Source of the DNA: Candidatus Vampirococcus lugosii
GTDB taxonomy: Bacteria > Patescibacteriota > Gracilibacteria > Absconditabacterales > Absconditicoccaceae
NCBI RefSeq assembly: GCF_018420025.1
Contig: NZ_JAEDAM010000026.1
Coordinates: forward strand, 1 to 14,747
Length of the DNA stretch: 14,747 nt
Direction of reading: 5' to 3'
In this document: positions 8,394 through 14,747 of the stretch, one piece after another
Layout: every line of letters starts with the position of its first letter
How positions within the stretch are numbered: the stretch's first letter is position 1
Notes under the pieces: model-generated
The model's database searches: none
What the model was told of the DNA's origin: nothing
Seen by the model: the letters and a program-made list of their open reading frames with translations, nothing else
Position numbers and translations under genes: made by a program

Positions 8394-11300
8394 TTAATCT
8401 TGTACAAACTTATCCCAATCATCATCAGAAATATATAAATCAGGTTTTTCAATATTATCATCAATATTATTCAAAATCATAATTCATTTCCTAGCAATAT
8501 TATATGCCCCATTTGCATCAGCATTAAAATTTTTTCACTGTAATCAATCTTGACTATGATAATCACAAGATGGACATATAATATAATCTATATCATTTTT
8601 GCTATCTGAATTTCTCAACTGCAAAAGCAAATTGAAATAAAAAGTCAAAGATTTATAAAATTTTGCATCTTTATCAAATATTTGTTTATTTATATTTCCA
8701 TACAAATCTATATTTTCATTTTTGAATAAATTATTTAATCAATCATTAATATTAATTTCTTCAACTTCCATTTTTTTTGTATTAAATTTTAATCTATTAT
8801 TTAAACTATTGATATTAAATTTAGTTTTATTTGTATTTTGCTTTTTCTTTTTGTCTTGTATAATTTGGTAATCAAAAATAAATTTATTTCAATCAAAACT
8901 AATATCTACATTTTCAAAAAATTTTTTTTGTTTTTCTTTTGTAGCAGAATTTGAAATATAAACATTTTTTCTAAATCAACAAACTGGACAAGTAGTAGAA
9001 GTATAATTTGCTCTAGTATAAAACATTATTCAAGATTGTTTATATTTTGCTATATCTTGATAATCGTTAACTTTTGGCACTAATTGCCAAGCTTTAAGAT
9101 AAGAACCAATTTCATCAAGTTTTTTATTTTTATCAGTTAGATAATTTAATTTTTTTGCCAAAGCTAATTCTAGTTTTTGATAAACTTGTTTTTCAATTTT
9201 TTGTCTTCATCTTTTGAATCACATATTTAAATCTTCAAAAACAATAATAGCATTATATTTTATAATTAAATCAGCTAATTTATTTACTACTTGAGAAATA
9301 TATCAATTTTTCAATTCTTTAATATTTTCTATTTCTCACCAAGATATTCTTGCATCTTTTCTTGATTTTTCTATAGTTTCCAATTTTTGTAAATAATTAA
9401 TTTTATTTACTATATTCAAAGTATCTACTTCATAGATCTTTCAATTTCTATCAATTACAGAATAATATGCCAAATGTTTTTCTCATCTATCTATTCAAAT
9501 AATTTTAATATCTTTATTTTTATATAGATATTCATTTATCATTTGATTAAAATAATATTTATCTCATTTATTTGCATTTAATGTAATAGAAATATGAAAA
9601 AGTATTTTATCTTGAGAATATCTTTTATGTTGTATTATCTCTTTTCAAGATTTATCAAGTTTTTTATTTAAATCATCAGTTTTATCTCTGAAAAAAACTT
9701 CTGCTCATCAACTTAATTTTATTACCAAATTTTCCAAATTTTGAGGATCAAACAAAAGTTTGAAATATTTGGTATGAATATTTTCTTTACTTCAAGATTT
9801 TTTAAATTTTGAAAAATCTTTATTATATATTTGAAAAAGATATAGTTCTCAAGATTGTATTTTAAAATCAATAAAACTTGAATCAATTTTTGAGAAATTA
9901 AGAGAATACATTTTTTCTTCAATATCTTGATAAAATGTAGCTAAATCATTATAATCTTTTGATTCAATACTAGATAAATCATATTTATCAGAGTAAAGAA
10001 ACAATAATCATTTTTTGTAATAATTAATAAGTTTTTTTAATTTTGTAGGGTCAAACTTTTCTCATTGTTCTTTACTTGCTTGAAATATATCAAATTCTTT
10101 TTTAATATCAGCAATTTCTTGATTATATCAAAAATTTTCAATATATTTTGATAAATATTTATTTAGTTCATTTCAAGTAAGAGAATTTAATTTTTTTTGT
10201 AATGGAAAAAGTAATCTTGGTAATTGTCTATAAACATTATTCAGTTGTTTATAATTCATTTTTTCATAAAAATCTCATCAAGTATATTCATAATTTTTAA
10301 ATAAATTATTATTTTTCAAAATTCATAAATAATAATTTCAATCTTTTTTTAGAATTACTCAAAGTCTTTCTTTTTCTTTATCTTTATCCCAACCAGTAAG
10401 AAATTGAGAATTATCAAAATTTAATTTAAATTTATCAGTTTTTATTTTCTTTTTGGTCAAATAATTTCTTATCAAATTGTAATCTTTCCATATTTCATAA
10501 TCTGTATAATAATCATTTAATTCATTATAAAAATTATTATCAGTTTCTTTATCTTCTACTTTTTTTCTATTTTTTTCTAATACAAAATATTTCATCATAC
10601 TATAAACTGACAAAACTGAATCAAAATAATTTTTGATAATTAATATATTATCTTTATTTTTTTCAAAATTTGAAAGAATAGTATTTAAAGATTGTTCATA
10701 TTTAATTAATTCATCAATATTTTTATTTAGTTCATAGTTAAATATATTTAGAAAATTTTCATAAATAGTTTTATTTTCAAAAATTATATTTTTATTTATA
10801 TAAATATGTTTAAATACATCTTCAAGTTTTTGGTATGGAATATTTTCAAGAATATTTTTTAGTTCTGCAAAATTTACAAAATCAGCAATTTCTCATTTAC
10901 CAAAAAATCATCTAATATAATCCCATCCAGAAAAATATTTACTTGAAATTGTATTAATTGCTTGTTTAGTAATATATATTTTATCTAATTCATATTTTTT
11001 ATTTTCTACAACAAAAGAATTTATCAAATTTTTAGCTTGATTAACTTTTTGTTTATTTTTTGAGATACTAATTTTTATACTTTCTATAAGTTCATTATCA
11101 TCTTGTATATCTTCTATAAAATTTTGTTTTAAATTTTCCGAAAGAATTTGTTTATAAAGTAATTTAAATTTTGGGAATTTTATATCTTTTTTATTAGATT
11201 GAATTTGTTTTTGTTTAAATAGATTTATTTTTTCATTTATTCATTGTATTTTTTCTCAATTGTCTAATGAATAACCTCATAAGACTTTATTATAATTATC

Positions 11301-12020
11301 AATTCAATCTTGCAAAAGACAATTATTATAAAAATCTAATTCAAAAATAGCTTTTTCATCTTGTGATAATTTATTTTTTATAAAATCTGGAAAATTATTT
11401 TTAAAATTTTGGAAATCTTGAATATTTTTAATAAAAGTGATTAAATTTTCATCAATAGCTCTCGTGGCAACTGCTCCTGCTTTGCCATCTTCAGCATAAA
11501 AATTTTTTCTAGATTCATTAAAATTTGCAAAATAAGTAAAAAATCTATCAAATTTAGCAAATAAATCTTTTTGTTCTGGATAAAATTCTCACATAAGTTT
11601 TAAAATTTCTTTTTCATTCAAAACTGAAATTCATCATTTTTTAAGAAAAGAATATTTCTGTTTCCACTTATTTCATTGAGATTCAAAAAACTTTACAAGT
11701 TCTTTTCTTAAATTTTTGGATATTTTTTCAAATTCTTTTTGTAATTTTTTATTTTTTTTATTTTCTGGAGATTTATTTAATTCAATGTAAGAATTATAAA
11801 AATCTTCTAGTTGATTTAGATAAATATTTTGTAAAGCTTGTTTTACAAATTTACGATGTAGATCATCAAAATAATCTTTTATTTTTGTATAATTTACTTG
11901 TACTTGTCTATCTTTTTGGATAATTCAATCTTTTTTTAGATTATCTAATGTATTTGAAATAGGTTTTAGTTCAAATCTCAAAGTTTTTGATATTTCATAA
12001 AGATTAGTAAAATTTTCCAT
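8394..12020 (-). CDS. cas12a: Cas12a (Cpf1) type V-A effector nuclease, 1208 aa under table 25
   Basis: MENFTNLYEISKTLRFELKPISNTLDNLKKDGIIQKD...FANFNESRKNFYAEDGKAGAVATRAIDENL...NNCLLQDGIDNYNKVLGGYS...FLTGWDKDKEKERLGVILKKDGNYYLGIL...[35 protein letters not shown]...LSGGAEVFFRDK...HKRYSQDKILFHISITLNANK...[23 protein letters not shown] (RuvC-I D844)...[57 protein letters not shown] (RuvC-II E929)...QSGIMFYTRANYTSTTCPVCGF...YIICPSCDYHS...NFNADANGAYNIARKGIMIL (RuvC-III D1168). By my hand count about 40 in-frame TGA codons are present, and they repeatedly fall on invariant Gly positions. Track fragment 10359-10613 is in frame. Confidence 0.95.
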
Positions 12021-12083
12021 ATTTATTATTTAAAAAATTAAAATATTATATGTAAGAAATAGTAGAGTTGTTTACAGTTTTTT

Positions 12084-12344
12084 TTATTTTCAGTGATAAA
12101 ACTCATCTATAATTTCATATGGTGTTTTATTATCAATTCATTTATGAAGTTTGACACAATTATATCGATTTACAAACCTTTTTAAAGACTTTTTTCTATT
12201 TTCTCTTGAAATAAATGTTTCTTTACTATGTCGCATATCCATTAATGTTCTTATTACTCTTTCAGCTTTACCGTTTGTTTGTGGTCTTTTTACTTTTGTG
12301 TATTTTTTCTTTGTTCATGCTTCAAGACAATATTTCAATTGATG
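12084..12344 (-). pseudogene. C-terminal fragment of an rve (DDE integrase-core, IS481/IS3-like) transposase
   Basis: The minus-strand frame reads ...HQLKYCLEAGTKKKYTKVKRPQTNGKAERVIRTLMDMRHSKETFISRENRKKSLKRFVNRYNCVKLHKGIDNKTPYEIIDEFYHGK*, with stop TAA at 12084-12086. RPQTNGKxER...YNxxxxHxGIxxKTPxE is the characteristic end of the rve integrase core. The N-terminal catalytic part is absent, and the fragment abuts the oppositely oriented IS4-type fragment at ~12332-12344. Confidence 0.75.
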
Positions 12345-12921
12345 ATAATAATTTATATAAAGCAATAGATTATCTTGAAGATAATCAAAATGATATAGAA
12401 AATAAATTATTCAAAAAAAGAAAAGATGCTAATTGTAAATTATATTTATATGATATTACGAGTACATATTTTGAATAAAAAGCTGTTGAAATGGCAAAAT
12501 ATTGATATAGTAGAGATAAAAGAAATGATAGATTGCAAGTAAATATATGATTAGTAACAGATACTAATTGATATCCTATAAGTATAGAAATATTGGAATG
12601 AAATATAAATGATAAATCTACACTACAATCAAAAGTAAATGAATTAAAAGAGTTAAATGACATATTTTTATGTGTTTTATTAGTTATTATTTACTTCAAG
12701 ATTTTAGATTAAAAGTTAAAGATTTATTACAAGAATATATATTATTAACTGAATTAAAAAATGTAAGTAAAGTTTACTTTAAAATAGATAATATACATAT
12801 AAATAAAGTAGAACAAATAAATGAGCTTCAAGAAAAAATATTTAAATTATTTAAAATAAAAATAGATTTGTGTAGTACACAAATCTATTTTTATTTTCTT
12901 CCAAATCCTTGTCTAAATTAA
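12332..12921 (+). pseudogene. IS4/IS1634-family (DDE_Tnp_1-type) transposase pseudogene with N-terminal truncation, an in-frame TAA and an internal deletion
   Basis: Frame 1 reads ISIDDNNLYKAIDYLEDNQNDIENKLFKKRKDANCKLYLYDITSTYFE*KAVEMAKYGYSRDKRNDRLQVNIGLVTDTNGYPISIEILEGNINDKSTLQSKVNELKEL. This matches the LYDxTSTYFEG...GYSRDxRxDxxQ...G.P...E...GN..D block around the first catalytic Asp. At ~12660 the frame changes to (M)CFISYYLLQDFRLKVKDLLQEYILLTELKNVSKVYFKIDNIHINKVEQINELQEKIFKLFKI, the family C-terminal tail. The segments that should carry the second Asp and the Glu are missing. Confidence 0.75.
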
Positions 12922-12956
12922 GGATTTAGAAATTTTGTTCTACAAAGATGAGGTTA
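12781..12956 (+). mobile_element. Right-end segment of IS4/IS1634-type element, copy A (near-identical to the inverted copy at 14569-14747)
   Basis: Positions 12781-12956 match the reverse complement of 14569-14747 almost base for base. Differences cluster around the palindrome, plus one substitution in the second hairpin (aaattaagg vs aaatcaagg). Weaker similarity continues outward, for example ATAAATTTCCACTAATT at ~13012-13028 against its complement at ~14484-14500. Confidence 0.85.
12853..12897 (+). terminator. Long AT-rich palindrome (22-bp arms, 1-nt centre) at the end of the IS transposase reading frame; candidate intrinsic terminator
   Basis: AAAATAAAAATAGATTTGTGTA-g-TACACAAATCTATTTTTATTTT. 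It is followed by a second 8-bp hairpin, AAATCCTT-gtctaaatt-AAGGATTT (~12903-12927). The left arm is diverged in copy B. Confidence 0.45.
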
Positions 12957-13109
12957 AAGCATTTAAACTTAATTTTAATGTCTCCTTTATACATATTTTT
13001 TCATAAATTTCCACTAATTCCACCTTTTTTATTTATTGTTTTTATTAGTTCTTAATTAACTTTTCAAAGTTTTTAATATTTCATATTACTGCAGAAAATT
13101 AGAAAAATT

Positions 13110-13137
13110 TTGATTTTTTTTGTAAAAACAATACAAT
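13110..13137 (+). promoter_or_regulatory. Possible sigma70-type promoter upstream of the small ORF / Kazal-like gene
   Basis: TTGATT (13110-13115), a 16-nt spacer, then TACAAT (13132-13137). The AT-rich background makes chance occurrence likely. Confidence 0.25.
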
Positions 13138-13202
13138 TAGTTTGTCCGACTTTATTTAAAGTTTGGATATGACTGTAAACACTCCATCAAAAGGTGAAAG
13201 AT

Positions 13203-13289
13203 ATGTCTTCTCAAAACTATGTTTTTAATGATGAGTTGGTTCTAGATGAGCCCTGGGATAGTTTTGACTGGGAAGAGACTTGTTTCTAA
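13203..13289 (+). CDS. Hypothetical 28-aa acidic peptide (MSSQNYVFNDELVLDEPWDSFDWEETCF)
   Basis: The ATG at 13203 is preceded by AAGGTGA, 5 nt upstream. No comparable Shine-Dalgarno precedes the cas gene or Kazal-like gene starts I examined. It lies in a locally GC-richer block (~13140-13290). Stop TAA is at 13287-13289, followed by a weak hairpin and a T-run. It could equally be a gene remnant. Confidence 0.3.
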   Translation: MSSQNYVFNDELVLDEPWDSFDWEETCF

Positions 13290-13418
13290 AAATCTCAAAA
13301 AAAGACTTGATTTTTTTAAAAAAAAGTATAATATTAATATACACTATAAATTTATAAAATCTTTATGTAGAACAATTTATATTTTATAGTATATTTATAT
13401 ATATAAACTTCAATTTTT

Positions 13419-13898
13419 ATGAAAAAAATATTATTATTATTTTTACTTTTAAGTTGTATTCCAATTTCTTTAACTAGTGCTAATAATACTTTATTTGAAG
13501 ATAAACCTACTAATGGTGGTGATATTGATTGTAATGAAGATTATGAGCCTGTATGTTGATATGATTCAAAAACTTATAGAAATGAGTGTAAAGCAAAAAA
13601 TGAATGAGTTAAAGTTTATTATAAATGAGAATGCTTATCTGTAAAAATGGAGAGTAAGATACAAGAATATGTTTTTGGTAAATTAGATCGAATGTTTAGT
13701 CGTCTTGTTTGAACTGATGAAGAAAAAATTATGCGTGTTTGAAATATAATAGATAATTTTGAAAATAGATTAGAAAAATTAGATGTTTCATCTAGAAGGT
13801 ATAGTATGATTTGATATATTTTAAGATCTTTAAATGATTATATAGATAAAATTTTAGAAGAAGATTTAAATATAGATTGATATTATTTGGATGAGTAA
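13419..13898 (+). CDS. Secreted (possibly lipoprotein) Kazal-like domain protein with a helical C-terminal region, 159 aa under table 25
   Basis: MKKILLLFLLLSCIPISLTSANNTLFEDKPTNGGDIDCNEDYEPVCGYDSKTYRNECKAKNEGVKVYYKGECLSVKMESKIQEYVFGKLDRMFSRLVGTDEEKIMRVGNIIDNFENRLEKLDVSSRRYSMIGYILRSLNDYIDKILEEDLNIDGYYLDE*. It has a hydrophobic signal peptide with an LLSC lipobox-like site. The bacterial Kazal-like pattern C-x8-PVCG-xD-x-TY-xNxC-xA-xxxGV-x-V-xxx-G-x-C is present, and all three pattern glycines are encoded by TGA. Confidence 0.75.
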
Positions 13899-13935
13899 AT
13901 GATTTTTGGGTATAATATTAGTTTTTTGTTTTTAA

Positions 13936-13986
13936 AATTAAGAAATAAAGTATACTAAAACTACTTTATTTCTTAATTTTTTTTTG
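13936..13986 (+). terminator. Rho-independent terminator of the Kazal-like gene
   Basis: A perfect 17-bp stem, AATTAAGAAATAAAGTA (13936-13952) with TACTTTATTTCTTAATT (13962-13978), and a 9-nt loop. It is followed by a run of T residues, 38 nt after the stop codon. Confidence 0.6.
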
Positions 13987-14052
13987 AAAAATTAAAAAAA
14001 TATATATAATTGGAGTATTTAAATTTATCTTTGTAAGCAAAAAATAGCTAAT

Positions 14053-14133
14053 TTCAAATCTCAAAGTTTTTGATATTTCATAAAGATTAGTAAAATTTTC
14101 CGTATTTTTTAATAAAAAATTAAAATATTATAT
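14053..14133 (-). pseudogene. Duplicated remnant of the cas12a promoter-proximal region plus its first 17 codons (start codon mutated)
   Basis: Positions 14053-14133 align with 11970-12051. The match is exact over the 51 nt encoding MENFTNLYEISKTLRFE except that ATG becomes ACG (plus strand ccat to ccgt at 14100-14103). The ~30 nt upstream carry a few substitutions and one indel. Confidence 0.9.
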
Positions 14134-14153
14134 AAATAATATTACATATAAAC

Positions 14154-14195
14154 AAAAAAATCAATTTATTTTTATATTTGATAATAAATTGATTT
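14154..14195 (-). terminator. Candidate minus-strand intrinsic terminator upstream of the cas12a promoter remnant
   Basis: A 13-bp AT-rich stem (14158-14170 pairs with 14183-14195) and a 12-nt loop. It is followed on the minus strand by TTTTGTT (14157-14151). The stem is low in GC, so it is weak. Confidence 0.3.
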
Positions 14196-14568
14196 AGATA
14201 ATATATATAATATCAAAAAAATTGAAATAAAATTCTTAAATAAAATTTTTATATTAAGTCTTTTATAAATAGAATCATAAAAAAGAGCTTGTTATTTATC
14301 AAAAGACAAAAGGAAGATAATAATTAATAATTTTTGAAATTGATTTAATATTAAGAAAAGCTTTAGATAAATTTGTCACACTTGGTTAAATAGAATTCTG
14401 ATAAGTTGATATAAATATTTTGGTATAAAAATCTAAAAAGTTATGAGAATATAGTTAATAAAATAATTAAAAAAGAGTGAAATTAGTGGAAATTTATCAA
14501 AAAAATATTTTTTTATCAGAAATTAGTAGATATTTTTTAAAAAATAAAAAAGTATTAAAAGTATTGTA

Positions 14569-14747
14569 TAACCTCATCTTTGTAGAACAAAATTTCTAAA
14601 TCCTTGATTTAGACAAGGATTTGGAAGAAAATAAAAATAGATTTGTGTACTACACAAATTTTATAATTTTATTTTAAATAATTTAAATATTTTTTCTTGA
14701 AGCTCATTTATTTGTTCTACTTTATTTATATGTATATTATCTATTTT
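14569..14747 (-). mobile_element. IS4/IS1634-type element copy B (right end, inverted relative to copy A); continues beyond the window
   Basis: This is the reverse complement of 12781-12956. Diverged similarity extends inward to ~14478, so the true IS terminus probably lies between ~14478 and 14569. Confidence 0.85.
14661..14747 (-). CDS. IS4/IS1634-family transposase, C-terminal 28 codons (the gene continues off the right edge)
   Basis: The minus frame reads KIDNIHINKVEQINELQEKIFKLFKIKL* with TAA at 14661-14663. It is identical to the copy A tail, but here a proper stop is retained. This copy may therefore be intact. Confidence 0.7.
   Translation of the reverse strand, partial: KIDNIHINKVEQINELQEKIFKLFKIKL

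Noticed and set aside
9722-9922. 66-aa minus-strand ORF inside cas12a
   Set aside because: It is out of frame with cas12a (offset not divisible by 3) and has a low-complexity translation. It is a shadow ORF.
3125-12020. Cas genes as pseudogenes, because the track shows only short fragments (3125-3337, 3427-3633, 4691-4879, 5408-5617, 7742-7927, 10359-10613)
   Set aside because: All fragments of each gene are in one frame and are interrupted only by TGA, never by TAA or TAG. Read-through restores full-length proteins with intact catalytic motifs.
12151-12663. Track ORFs 12151-12342 (+), the N-terminal half of 12215-12478 (+), and 12385-12663 (-) as genes
   Set aside because: They are antisense or out-of-frame shadows of the two transposase fragments. 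Only the rve frame (minus) and the IS4/IS1634 frames (plus) carry family motifs.
1-14747. TGA read as tryptophan (table 4, Mycoplasma-like), given the very low GC content
   Set aside because: TGA columns coincide with invariant glycines (IGIDRGE, GFKRGR, ARKG, PVCG, GxEG). Trp there would destroy universal motifs. Conserved Trp positions (GWDKDKE) use TGG.

Overview
The window is extremely AT-rich and comes from a genome that decodes TGA as glycine (translation table 25, as in Gracilibacteria/Absconditabacteria-type CPR bacteria). The standard-code ORF track is therefore fragmented and misleading. I re-translated by hand with TGA=Gly. This gives one tightly packed minus-strand operon with 11-25 nt gaps. 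Its order is cas12a (8394-12020, 1208 aa), a second Cas12a-derived effector (4892-8368, 1158 aa), cas4 (4331-4879), cas1 (3349-4305), cas2 (3059-3337), a ~300 bp leader, and a type V-A CRISPR array (536-2761). The array has 35 identical 36-bp repeats and 34 spacers of 26-32 bp. On the minus strand the repeat ends ...TATTTCTACTTTTGTAGAT. The second effector keeps the Cas12a N-terminal/WED blocks and an intact RuvC D/E/D triad. It differs in having about 115 extra residues between RuvC-I and RuvC-II and a miniature CxxC...CxxH zinc ribbon in place of the Nuc domain. That architecture fits Cas12a2, the RNA-triggered abortive-infection nuclease that shares crRNAs with Cas12a. On the left flank is the 5' part of an AAA-ATPase-like (PF09820-type) gene. 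The right flank holds decayed IS fragments: an rve-integrase C-terminal fragment abutting an internally deleted IS4/IS1634-type transposase. It also holds a small SD-preceded acidic ORF, a secreted Kazal-like protein gene, and an ~82 bp duplicated remnant of the cas12a promoter and first 17 codons with ATG changed to ACG. A second, inverted copy of the IS4/IS1634-type element runs off the right edge. All calls rest on manual translation and motif recognition. No database search was possible.
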